From Laetmonice hystrix (taxonomy: Eukaryota), in the NCBI GenBank assembly GCA_965235115.1, contig OZ249448.1, forward strand, positions 25,854,001-25,918,000: a DNA stretch of 64,000 nucleotides, written 5' to 3'. Of this stretch, positions 36,305 to 63,102 are shown one piece after another; position 1 is the first letter of the stretch, and each line of letters starts with the position of its first letter. The translations under genes were made by a program, and so were the position numbers. The notes beneath the pieces were generated by a model. That model made no database searches. It had not been told where the DNA came from and saw only the letters and a program-made list of their open reading frames with translations.

Positions 36305-39300
36305 TCACTTGAAACGATTTTTGAAGAACTGCATGACTTGATGCATGAGTTCTATTGTCTGACCGTCAATCCAGGCAAGCTCTAGCACAATATCTCCATC
36401 CAATTTCTTAATAGTCAGTGTACACTTGAGAATATAATCCTCGACCTCACTGATCGACACATCCAGTTTGTCTGATTCCATGCCGTCTCCCATACACCCA
36501 GCCGCCCGAGCTCCGTCTTCACCTACTTCCTTTCTTATCTCGTCTCCCTTTTCATCCTTTTGACCATTTTCTGACACATCCATTGGTGTGGCTGATGATG
36601 ATGACACGTGACCAGAACATCCTTGGCTGGGCTGTGTGTTAGAACTAGCCTGACTGAGAGCGAGACCAACTCGCTGAGAGCTGGTACCCTCGGTCTCAGA
36701 AACAGGAGTCTCCCTGGTAGGCTGTGGCAGAGAGAACCCATGTGGTTGTTCTGACAGTCCCTCTACTCGCTCTGTCGGACGCTCCACGTGGGGCTGTTTG
36801 TCTGGCGACGGTCCCTCTCCTCGCTCTGTCGGACGCTCCACGTGGGCCTGTTTGTCTGGAGACGGTCCCTCTCCTCGCTCTGTCGGACGCTCCACGTGGG
36901 CCTGTTTGTCTGGAGACGGTCCCTCGCTTCGCCTTTCTTTCCGCCGTTTGCGACGTTGGTGTGACCATGTGTTTTCTCGTGCCACCATCTGAATTACCAT
37001 GTCCTCAGGAGATGACTTTTCAGGTTCATACATTATCTGATACACAGGAAAAAACAAATCAAATCAGTCATAAATACAGAGGCAAATAGATTTATTATTT
37101 ACAATGTTACAAATATTCATTCCCAAACTCAGCTTCAATTTGTTTCCTGTGTCAATTCAAAACTACTCTTTACAAAGTTTGAACACGACTCTACTCCACT
37201 GCTATCCAGTATGATTTTTGTTTCACTGGGTCCTTTGTTTCCTTACTAAGTTTTAATGATGTGTAACATCCATTGATAGGTAAAGAATTACCCCAAAACA
37301 TCCAGTAGGCATTGCCCTTGGTCCCAGGGAGGTCTATTTACCTTGAGTTCATCTAGAATAGCCATGACCTTGGCCCCGATGTGGGACACCTTGTATTCCA
37401 GGGTTGGTAGTGAGCCCATCTCGTGTGGAAGTTTGTAGATTGCTGGAGGTTTAGGCTTGGACTCCTTCAATACTTTACTAGGTGCTTTCTACAAGATACA
37501 ATTTACATCATTAATGTCACAGAGTGAGCAACTAGTAAAAATTTATATACTGGAATCAACTCAAACTTAACACCAGCTTTGTAGGAAGATTTCCAACTCA
37601 CTGCCTAAAGAATATGTTATTTGCAACATTATTCTTTTATGACACCAGGGAGCGCCCTCGTCTTGATATTATATGATTGTTAGAGACTGGGAGCTATTAA
37701 AGAATGATCTATTTGACTGATCTCAACTTGGATAAAGATCTTTAGTTGGAAAGATTTCTAAGTCACTAAAAAATATTTGTGAATCTGTGTCAGCAAACTG
37801 TTAAATGCTTTTCATCACAGCAGGTGGCACTCTAGTCTAAAGTCAACCTCAGATATTCAGATATTGTACCTTCACTATTACATGAGTTAAACAGCATGTG
37901 GTACAACAGAAAACTATAATGCTATATTTTTCTAAAATAGAAAAACATGGACTGTCACATAAATATATATCCTAGAGAATGGTTTACACATGTATTCTGC
38001 TAATGATACTTACAGGAAAGTTGACGGTAGAATCAAATGACCAGGCGAGTCCCCATCTCATGGTACGTCCCTGACAGAACTCAGTCACGCCAATATTGGT
38101 AATCTGCGTGATCAGTGGTCAAACATCAGCCACATTCACTGTTGTGGTCAAGGAGCAGCATACCCCCACCCCCATTATAACGAGATAAGAAAATGCAGCA
38201 GAAAAATGAATCACACCTTTATAATAATACCCCCACTACAAATCACTGCGAGATTTTCAGAACTCCATTAACAACTTTAAGAAATCAGCACCACTATCAA
38301 TAAGCAAACTTATTTGGCACACAGTGTTACAAATTTCATGGAATGGATGAAAAGGAGCAAAATAATAGTAGCCAGTGTAGCATTAACAAGCCCACCTTTT
38401 GTCTGGTAAGCTCCATCTTGAGTGGTGCTATGCTGGACTTCTTGCCGACCATAGTTGTGTAGATTCTACAACACCAGAAATAAAAAAAAAAAAAGAAAAT
38501 TTCAGGGCACAAAAATGTCCTCAATGTTTCCTTGTAACCTGGGCTTCTCCTGTATTACTTGACCCTGTCCCTGACTGTTTCCTTGTAACCTGGGCCTCTC
38601 CTGTATTACTTGACCCTGTCCCTGACTGTTTCCTTGTAACCTGGGCCTCTCCTGTATTACTTGACCCTGTCCCTGACTGTTTCCTTGTAACCTGGGCCCC
38701 TCCTGTATTACTTGACCCTGTCCCTGACTGTTTCCTTGTAACCTGGGCCCCTCCTGTATTACTTGACCCTGTCCCTGACTGTTTCCTTGTAACCTGGGCC
38801 TCCCTGTATTACTTGACCCTGTCCCTGACTGTTTCCTTGTAACCTGGGCCTCTCCTGTATTACTTGACCCTGTCCCTGACTGTTTCCTCGTAACCTGGGC
38901 CTCTCCTGTATTACTTGACCCTGTCCCTGACTGTTTCCTTGTAACCTGGGCCTCTCCTGTATTACTTGACCCTGTCCCTGACTGTTTCCTTGTAACCTGG
39001 GCTTCTCCTGTATTACTTGACCCTGTCCCTGACTGTTTCCTTGTAACCTGGGCCTCTCCTGTATTACTTGACCCTGTCCCTGACTGTTTCCTTGTAACCT
39101 GGGCCTCTCCTGTATTACTTGACCCTGTCCCTGAATGTCACGTTATCCTCAATAATTCTCCCGTCTTACCTGACCCTCTCCTTCAGCGCTGTGCTGTCCT
39201 CAATGATTCTCCGAGCAAACTGGACCTCTCCTCCTGGGAAGATGCTCTCTGTAGGACTAGCTGTGTTCACACTCCTTGGCTCCGGGCGGTCCTCACTCCT

Positions 39301-41522
39301 GGAGGAGAAAGTTCCCCATGCCTCCAGGTTGTTGGCAAAGAATGGTGGGTTGCACATACAGAATGTGTATGTGTCCTCATTGGTCGTGAGCATGTCCAGC
39401 AGGCTGGACTCTGGCTCTACCTTCACCACTAAGGAAAGATCAAAAAGTAGGGAAAAACAGCTCCTTTCATAGATAAATCAGCATCAATGTTCCATTCCTT
39501 TAGGATGTCTTTAATAATGCTGTCAAAACTATTTCTCTAAATAATTGTGTTCACTTGCCTCAAACAGCACAATGAATCTATCTTATGGATACAATTTCAA
39601 ATTTAAAAAAATATTCACTCTTTTAATCAAATACATGTACAAGATTTAAAAACATACCTTTAATGGATTCTGCCAAATTATTTTGCTGTACATTTTTCAC
39701 TGCACAGTCATAGTTGACGTCATCTGTTTCACTTGCAATAAACTTCCAATTGTTTTTTCGAGCTCCTAGCATCGGATACACACATGCTGCTCCTGTGCCT
39801 AAAAAATGACAATTCTAGAAATAGTGAATAAAACAGCTGAGGTGTTCAAATAATGTTGACATGCCCTTTTCTATCACCAGTTATTGTAGTCTATCTCGAG
39901 CTCTTACCTATATCAATGCCGACAACAGTTTCTGAGCCTGTTCCAATGATATCCTCAATCCAGAGCAGGTAGTTGAGGCGGAGTGGGATGGTGGGTATGA
40001 GACGGTCCACAGGCAGTGTCACATCAATATCCCAGTCTTCTTTGAGTAAAGCCCAGCTCAGCACTCGGAGACACTCAGGGTTCTTGAAGTCAAGATGTAC
40101 CTCACCACGCAGGTCCTAGATAGATCAATAGATAAACACTTAGAGACATTGTCTAAAACATGATCAAACTGGCTTCCTTACTGAGGAAGTGTGCTATCTT
40201 TATGACTGAACCAGCATATTAGACTGGAAAAATATACCCAACAGCAATGAAAACACATAGGCTGAAAATATAACTCAAATATTTATTTGAAAGGAACAGT
40301 CACATTGGGATATTTGACAAGAAACCAGACATATGAGAGCGGTAACTCAATGGAATAGACAACTCAGAAAACAACATTCCTGTTCTCAACCAAAACACTT
40401 GGCATATCCTCGTACTCCTAGCGATACATACATTTGGACCTATGCATTTTCATTGCCGTTCAGTATATCTGTTAATTTGTACAACTGCATTTTATTTAAA
40501 GGTAAACTCTATTGAATTCAGTTTCCGCGTCGGACTGCAGCGATGGCCCAATGTCACGTACCCGTTCTAAAAATTGAATGCTCCGTTCCCCGAGCAAGCA
40601 CGCCAGAGCGAGCGACTGGAGGGCTCACCGCTGTACCGTGGGAACGGGGCATTCAATTTTTAGAACGGGTACGTGACATTGGGCCATCGCCGCAGTCTGA
40701 CGCGGAAACCGAATTCAATAAAGTTTAGCTTTAATTAATCGCATATTCTTTAGAAAATGTCACTTGACTTATGATCATTAGACTAAAAGTGTTTCCAGTT
40801 GCCAGGAAATTTCATAGCTAGACTAAGTAACAAGAGAATCAGAATACTGAATAGAAATAGGCGCCTCTCAGACATAAAACAGGTCGCTCTCTCAGTCTCA
40901 GTCCTATCAGTGTCGGTGTCACTCACACTACTCAGTCACACATCATGCAGTGTCTGTCACTGTCAGTGAGTGAGTCTCACTTGATTTGCACAATGACAGA
41001 CAGCTGTAGACGCTGTGCCAAACTAAGGAGTATTGGAAACTGAGTGCAATCTTATATCAGCATCACTATTCTACTTTACTCCGACACCTGGTCCAAGACA
41101 CGCGGCCCCTGCAAAGCCAACGGCACAGCCACAGGCCTGCTGCTGGGCCGGGTGGCCGCACCAGGCCCTGGTTTTTAGTTTGCAAACCGAGTCTTAAGAT
41201 TCAAATCTTAAGATTGAACTCTTGTTTCAGAGCTTCTGATTGGTCCTTCAAATGAAGTTAGCCAATGAGAGAGCATAATACAAGTCAGTCTTAAAATTTC
41301 AGTCTTAAGATTGGTAAAATGACAAACTAAAAACCGGGGCCTGGGGGCTGGGGCGCAGCCTGGGCCACAGGGTCTGGCGCTGTCAAAACAATTCACATTT
41401 CTTTCACGTTTTACCTGAATGGCATGCTTCCTGAATTCGGGATATTTGATTGCAAGAGCCTTGAAGTCTGGTCTCTTCTTTTTGTAAATATTTCGGGGGT
41501 GCATCAGTTTGTTTAAAGCCAT
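36305..41522 (-). CDS. METTL16: RNA N6-adenosine methyltransferase METTL16, 584 aa. Exons 41415-41522, 39908-40115, 39658-39798, 39170-39428, 38396-38465, 38014-38103, 37342-37488, 36305-37036
   Basis: Motifs MALNKLMHPRNIYK, DRLIPTIPLRLNYLLWIED, SAM-binding GIDIGTGAACVYP, catalytic FCMCNPPFF, GGEVQFARRII, TEFCQGRTMRWGLAWSF, and C-terminal VCR-like segments (ENTWSHQRRKRR; ELMHQVMQFFKNRFK). Phases are consistent. Confidence 0.96.
36760..36925 (-). repeat. 54-bp coding tandem repeat (EGPSPDKQAHVERPTERG x3) in the METTL16 last exon
   Basis: Three near-identical 18-aa units in the ORF. Confidence 0.9.
38525..39212 (-). repeat. 51-bp tandem repeat (~12 homogenised units plus one intermediate unit) in register with the METTL16 exon 4 end and donor
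   Basis: Minus-strand unit GGAGAGGCCCAGGTTACAAGGAAACAGTCAGGGACAGGGTCAAGTAATACA, compared with the exon/donor GGAGAATCATTGAGGACAGCACAGCGCTGAAGGAGAGGGTCAG|GTAAGACG. Confidence 0.9.
40503..40727. mobile_element. Foldback/MITE element with ~88-bp inverted arms and a ~49-nt spacer (METTL16 intron 1)
   Basis: Left arm TAAACTCTATTGAATTCAGTTTCCGCGTC...GCTCCGTTCCC matches the reverse complement of the right arm with 5 mismatches. Confidence 0.8.
41165..41340. mobile_element. Harbinger-like MITE (METTL16 intron 1)
   Basis: TIR GCCCTGGTTTTTAGTTTG / CAAACTAAAAACCGGGGC, with flanks CAG / CTG. The terminus resembles that of the 61923-62182 element. Confidence 0.6.
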
Positions 41523-41910
41523 TTCACTAACTTTTGGCTTAGCTGACCGTGCTTTTTCGCCGACGACGCGCGTGGGATAAACGTTACATGGGCGCGGCCA
41601 TATTGATTCTCACTAAATTCTCGTACTGCCCGAGATCAAACTTGCGCACATAGCATGCGCGTGAATCATTGGAGTTGGGTATTGTGGGTAAACCATCAAC
41701 GTGTAGCCTAGGATATTTTATTAAATTTGTTGAAAACCTTGGCATATCAAGCGTTTTTGGCAAATTTTTCGTCTCTGTCAGTTCTCCAGGTAAGCTGTCT
41801 AACAAGTATAACACACAGACACACGTGTGGTCAGTATAATGTTTGTGTATTGACTGTTTTCTTACTGCCTGGTTTGAAACGCCTCAGAGTGGCGGCCATA
41901 TTGACATGTT
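41523..41910. promoter_or_regulatory. Bidirectional METTL16/LIS1 promoter and putative non-coding LIS1 exon 1 (donor after 41789)
   Basis: CpG-rich. Two YY1-like motifs GCGGCCATATTG at 41594 and 41892, and an NRF1-like GCATGCGC at ~41653. Strong donor CTCCAG|GTAAGC at 41789/41790 upstream of the LIS1 acceptor at 44218. Confidence 0.6.
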
Positions 41911-42664
41911 TGACTGAATTTCAAATGAGGACAGCGATAAATTAGCAGCAGTCTGTCACTGCGTATGACTTTATTTGTGAGATTAGGATATTCCAAATAA
42001 GTTTTTTTGGTTCATAGTGAATGTCCAGTTGAAAACACAAGGTAAATCCAGAGAATTTAGCCGGTTATATCGGCATGACATTAACCCGATTGTGGCTACT
42101 TCCCACCCGGTCTGGGACTTGGCAACACTATCTTGCCGCAGCTGTCAGTGAGTGTAGTGTACTGTCACTGTCAGTGTGACTTTGACCTTATTATTGTTGA
42201 GGAACTCCTGGTCAGTTCAATTGTCGGAATGAAAATAATTCATGTTTTTTAATAACACTATAAACGCAGAAGGGTTCCCGCAATATTATAGTCTACTGTC
42301 ACTTGAAAATGTATAATGTTAAAGTCCAACAGACATCAAAATTTACATGAAATTTAGTGCCAGATCCTGATGATACATGTAATTTGTTGTTGTTTAACTT
42401 AAAGGAGCAGTTATTGTACAAGAATATGAACTGTGTGTAAGCCGTTTTAAAGACCAATTCCCCTAGTGACGTCATCAGGGGCAATGGTAAAGAATAGGCA
42501 GGAGTGAGACTGATAAGGCGCGAGAATCGAATTTTCAATATTTTTCTTAATTGAGAGGACTTCTCAGAAAAAACTATCAGGGATACGGCTACAACTCAAA
42601 GTGATCTATCTAGATCAGTAAAGTTACCTATGTGATGTCAGTTGCACTTTAACGTTCAAGCAAT

Positions 42665-43071
42665 CGGGGATATATCTAGGCCCCCAACAGGCTCCACTGT
42701 CCATGCCCTTTTTTGCCCCCAAAAGCCGCCACTGGTGCCTTTCTTACAACCAAAGATCTGCCGGTGGTGCCCTAATAATACCACCATACATGCCCAGTGA
42801 CTGCGGCTAATTGACTGTGCACAGTTGATTAAGTACTGTACTGGTGAAGCAAGATATTTTAATGAGGCATAACCACAGATCATAGGGAAAGGAAGGTTTG
42901 AATTATTTGCTAAATTATTTGACGTCAGATGTGATGCACAGAAAAACCAATGTTGTACTCGAGCTGATGCCTTAGAAGACTTTCGGTGTTCAATTTCAAA
43001 TGATACTGCGACATAGTGCCCTTTTTTGGATATGAGCGCCATGCCCTCTTGAAATCCTAGATATATCCCTG
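42665..43071. mobile_element. MITE with 16-bp TIRs
   Basis: CGGGGATATATCTAGG / CCTAGATATATCCCTG. No TSD recognised. Confidence 0.55.
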
Positions 43072-43385
43072 ACCTTACAATTTTACTTTTTTAGTGCAAC
43101 CATGCATTGGCATTGCCAGGCAGTGATTGCCACATGTATGTCACTGGTGTCACTTGGCAGTGACCGTGCATACAGGGATTGAAATTATCGGGAGCAATGG
43201 CTTGTAAAACCTATTTTTAAGAAATTCCCTCAATTTCGACACAGGCTGTGCTTAACTCCCCAAGTGACCCGCATCTGGCGGTCGGACCCACAAACCGACA
43301 CCAAAACCCACTGACCCCCCCGGACAGCAGACCTGCCTAAATTTACACCTAAATGCTAGGCCTATCCTACTTTCAGTTTGTATCG

Positions 43386-43771
43386 CAGACCTGCCAACTG
43401 CTACACATTTCGTGTATTTGGTACGCATTTGACACTCCAACTACGCTGCTACGCTGAGTCCTTCATATCATACGCAAAAACCTCTAGAAATGGCTATTTA
43501 CCCTAAAAATTGCCTTTTCACCGCCGATTGAAAAAGATGGGCCTACGTTAGGCATCACTTTCTGCTCAAAATGTATCTGAAACAACCCTTTTAAAATTTC
43601 ATTTGGGGAGGGGTGGCTCCCCATATCCCCCAGCAGAAGAGGGATACCCCCCTCCCGTACCTAACCCTGCATCCTGGCACGTGGCACGCGTGTCGTGGCT
43701 GTGCCACTTTGGGGTATGGGGCTGAATGTTGCTAAGTACTCAAAAAAAATTGTGAAATGTTGGCAGGTCTG
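43386..43771. mobile_element. MITE with perfect 13-bp TIRs; an internally deleted, truncated copy lies at ~45437-45567
   Basis: CAGACCTGCCAAC / GTTGGCAGGTCTG. The second copy shares the 5' end and the segment GGGGTGGCTCCCCATATCCCCCAGCAGAAG...CCTAACCCTGCATCCTGGCA. Confidence 0.7.
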
Positions 43772-44237
43772 GACTGTTGTTTGTTGAGGATAGCCTGCAG
43801 CTTAGTGTAATGTGATGACCAGGGCTCGAAAAAGAGATCTACCAGTTTTACTTGCCCGAGTAGTAACCAAGACATATTACACAAACCTTAAATTTTACTT
43901 GCCCAGAGACATATTCTAGTTGTCTCGGACGACGGGACGACCCCCCCCCCCCCCCCATCCTCTGCTGGTTGGGACCTTGCAATGTCATGGACAGAATAGC
44001 CAAAGATAACCGGTTGTTTTGAGCAGCACTGTTCATGAGCAAACTTCGATGTAGAATTCATAAGAATGTTTGTCAGATGGTTTTTATTGTTATTGGATAA
44101 TCTGTAAATAATCTGACCCTTGTGGCTCTACTGGTGAAAGATGCTGTCTGTAATATTTGCAGGATGTGCATAAAGAATGGTGTAACTATAATCTTCTCTT
44201 TCATTTGTTTTTTTTCAGAAATGGAGTAGGTCGAAGA

Positions 44238-44432
44238 CGCAGGACACGGGACTTTCATCCACCGACTGGAGTATTACGCAGGACACGGGACTTTCATCCA
44301 CCGACTGGAGTATTACGCAGGACACGGGACTTTCATCCACCGACTGGAGTATTACGCAGGACACGGGACTTTCATCCACCGACTGGAGTATTACGCAGGA
44401 CACGGGACTTTCATCCACCGACTGGAGTATTA
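44238..44432 (+). repeat. 39-bp tandem repeat, exactly 5 units, in the LIS1 5' UTR exon
   Basis: CGCAGGACACGGGACTTTCATCCACCGACTGGAGTATTA x5 (195 bp) between the acceptor at 44218 and the ATG at 44530. Confidence 0.9.
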
Positions 44433-44529
44433 ATTTGCCGACATTGGATCTTAAGAAGCACTGGCTTCTTGCAAGCCCTTCTAACTTTCACCTGTGAATA
44501 TTTGTAACGTGTTACTTCAACAAATCATC

Positions 44530-59457
<14,928 letters not shown>

Positions 59458-61922
59458 GGAGACGCAGGCTACTATAATGGATGAGACACGTCAGAGATTT
59501 CGCTTCCCTGATTTCACTCTGCAGGGACTACTGGTTTAACCCAAGTCCAACCATTACGCGCTGTGAAAGTTTCGAAGTGAACTTGACAGTATTTTTGTTT
59601 GCTATGTGGTCGGATCTATGGGTGTGCAAACAAAAGATTACAATAGTACGCTCCAGTCACCAGTGTCTGTGCCGTGAAGCTGACCTTCTGTGTCCTGAAG
59701 TCAGTGTTACCTATTTAAGACCATATAATATTCCTAATTAATTATTAATTAGAGCAGAGAAGCAGGGAAGCGTCCCTGCCCCAGCCAGGCCGAGTTCTAG
59801 ATGTTCTTCACCTTTGGTCCGTGTATGCTGTGCTCAGCCCGCTTTGCTGGTGATATTTTAATGTATATTGTTGTGTAGAGAGGCTGGCTTGGGGACGTAA
59901 TACCTGCCTGAGTCTGTCTCTCTCCTTGCCAGCTCTAGCTTGTGGTGCACGGCAATGGCGTCACGCGTCGGGGCGACCCACTGGCCACCCCCTGGCGGAG
60001 AATGGGGGAACTGACGGACGGAGGACAGGTGGCGCCAATGTGTAGGCGGTGGCCTCTGGGTGCTGCCCCCTGGAGACTAGAAATGGCATCATAGCTAACA
60101 GTGCGGTGTCCACTGCAGCCAGATGTGTCAATACGCATACACTCATGTACACTCATGCATAGCATTTTCAACGTTAGCTTTGGCTACTCTGGCAAAATTT
60201 CATGTTTCTTTTCATAATTTTCTGTAGAGGAGGAAAGGTTATATGGCTGTTAACTGACTGGCCTTCCTGATCATTGAGCAGTCTAGGTGTGCTTCAAACA
60301 TATATTCCGTTTGTGTTGTTCTTTTGTATAAAGAAAAAGTTAGAGAAATCCATCTTGACAGGAAATTCATATGGTCAAAAGGTGAGAGTGATACTGTGGG
60401 TAGCAGAATAAAGGGCGAAGTTTCCGATTGTGAATGTTTTTGATGGGGCAGGAGGTGTGCCTGCGTTGACTGCTGTGGAGGCGGACGTGTCGAGTCGGAG
60501 CTGGGATCCACCGATCGTGGAGGAAACTATGCCGTGATGCTGTGAACTTGTCGACGTCTCAATCAGAGTGTGGCGGCTGACAAACCATCCTACCAGTGGT
60601 CAGTCACCGGAAACTTTGTGCCATGAACGCCCACCGCTCCGATCTCTGACCGGACGAACAGACTCGGGTGGCTGCACCACTGGCAGGATGACGTCCGAGT
60701 TTTGTAATTATTTAATAATCAACCAATGTGGCTTGTAGAGACAGTGCTGCAGTAACGTGAAGCTGCTTAGTTCAGCAAGTCTAAGAGTAGTTGAGGTGAG
60801 TGGGGTGGGAGGAGGCCAGCGAGTGACCGTCACACAGTCCCTTCTACAGCAGACTACAGCAAGCACAGCCACCTTACAGACTGAAACCATTTGGAAATTG
60901 ATATGATTATAAATTTTCATATAATTATAATTATAATTATAGCAGTTTTCATGTAATATGGAAAGTTTGGCTGGGTTGATATCCTTGGTACACAAACTGA
61001 AGGCACACATTGTGGTTTAGAGTGGGACTGTGTGTAGATCGCTGTGACGGCCTGGGTCGGTCTGTCTCCCCATGTAACTGGTCAGCTGGTCCAGCTTTAG
61101 GTCCATGTCCTGGTCAAGATGTATAGGTAGCCTTGGCCATTCTTCTATTGATGATAATATAAGGACTTGCTCACACGTTCTGTAGGTCTGTGCTCACAAC
61201 CAGCTTAGTGGCCAGTCTGCGGCCTCGCACTGAGTGTGTCAGGGCGTAACACGTACGGAGGGTAGTGACGATGTCGGCCACTGTTGTATAAACAAAATGC
61301 TTCTATAGAAAAGCCTATTATAAGTCTCATAATGACTATATGCCAGTGTGATAGATGTCACGTCAATGAATTGCTATCTCAAATTTGAAATGTAATCATT
61401 GATCATTCGTTCAGCAAATTGTATAGGTAACAAAAGGTAATCATCCTATTTTTTTTGTTTTGTTTATGTTTTTTACCTGTTTAGTTGATGGGCTGATGAT
61501 AATGATTAAAGCCTTCGCCAAGGGACACTTGTGTATAAAAACAAATTGTTTTAGGTTACCAGGCAGGAAAGTGGCACCAAAAAGTAATGGCGGGAAATTA
61601 CCAAGGTGGTAACTGGCAATGAATTTGTAAAGTAATGTATGAGTTTGTAAATACTGACTGTGGATTGTTTGCGCATCGACCCTCACCTCATTAAGTTATT
61701 ATTGATCAGCACTAATTCATGCTTTCCCCTGGCAATAGGGGGCGCTACTGGCCCCATCCGTTTGTATATAGGTACTGTATTTAAAGTGCTTTGTTGGAGA
61801 GGTAGTTTACACAGTCTAGGGCTGAGGTAGAGAAACCCATTCAAAGTGAGCAGATTGATTATGACACTGTGAAAGAGAAAGTAGTCTGAAGTTATTTCTC
61901 CAGTCCATCCACGTCTGTCCAG

Positions 61923-62182
61923 GGCCCGGTTTTTTTGTTTACTTTTCCACCGTGAGCAAGGGTGAGCTGAGCTGGGCAAGGGTGAGCAGAAGCTCATGCT
62001 CACCATTTTGCTCACTGTTTTCGTTTTTAGGGTGTTTTTCCGCGAGCTTGCTCGCCATGAGCAAGCCTCGTGGAAAAAAGCAACCAAAAAACACAAAAAC
62101 AGTGAGCATGAGCTCATGCTCACCCTTGCTCAGCTCAGCTCACCCTTGCTCACGGTGGAAAAGTAAACAAAAAAAACGGGCC
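61923..62182. mobile_element. 260-bp foldback PIF/Harbinger-like MITE with CAG TSD
   Basis: Long inverted arms GGCCCGGTTTTTTTGTTTACTTTTCCACCGTGAGCAAGGGTGAGCTGAGCTG.... CAG at 61920-61922 and 62183-62185. Confidence 0.8.
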
Positions 62183-63050
62183 CAGTTGTGGGGTTTGTGT
62201 GCCCTGACATGGCTATAAACGTTGGTTAGATGAAGTTTGCCCAGAGCCAGATGTCCCGGGCTTGTAAGGAAAGTGTCACTCACAGTTTGTACAGACTGTG
62301 TGTAAAAAAAACTCCACTGAATTTAGAACTTTTGATGATCACTGACTGAAGATAAGAACAAATCTGAACAGAATGGAATGGTTTCGCTTGAAATGAGACT
62401 TTCTTCTTTTCAATACGAAATGATGCTGTTATGTCTCCAATGTCGGAGCTAACTGCAAATTGTGTCCAGGCTTAGAGAATGCACCCATCCCGACAATGCT
62501 GAAACATGTTAGCTGTGTATTCAGACAACAGAATCAGAGTTTGTCCAGCACCTGTTGACGCTTATCTAGAGTGTTAAGAAGGCTAGCAGTAGCACTCCTA
62601 AATACTAACATGTTTACCCACAAGCAGTGTCACCAACTGTGATCAGCGATTGTAGGCAGCTGTCTTCAGTTGGTAGCTTACTATCCTGTCAGCTTTATCG
62701 TCCCACCAGTAGCGCCTACACAGAGAACACAGAATGACACTTATGAATGAGACCACAGAGTCCCAGAGGCTCTCAAAATACTTGGAGAGAGAACTAATTA
62801 TGGTGAGGGCGTCTGCTTGTTGCGATAACGTTCTCTGTTTTATCTCGTGTAGTTGAGGCTTTGTTATACCCGTGCATGTTTATGGTGCTTGACTTGTATA
62901 CAGTGATACAGTATCGTATGGAAACCTCTTCCTCGATACCTAACCCATGTAGAGTCGAGTTGACGTGTAGAGAGACAGATATATGCAAAATGACGACGAT
63001 GTTGATCCTCCAGTCTTTACCCCAACGTGGTCGAGTCAAACCGCCCGGCA

Positions 63051-63102
63051 CGTGGCGGCACCTAGCGGCACCTAGCGGCGACACTCACGCCACCTAGCGG
63101 CA
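63051..63102 (-). promoter_or_regulatory. Cluster of three CTCF-like motifs
   Basis: G[GC]CACCTAGCGGC at 63057, 63067 and 63089 (reverse complement GCCGCTAGGTG[GC]C). Confidence 0.4.

Noticed and set aside
38399-38842. 147-aa plus-strand ORF (CFLVTWASPVLLDPVPD repeats)
   Set aside because: Antisense reading of the 51-bp METTL16 intron repeat.
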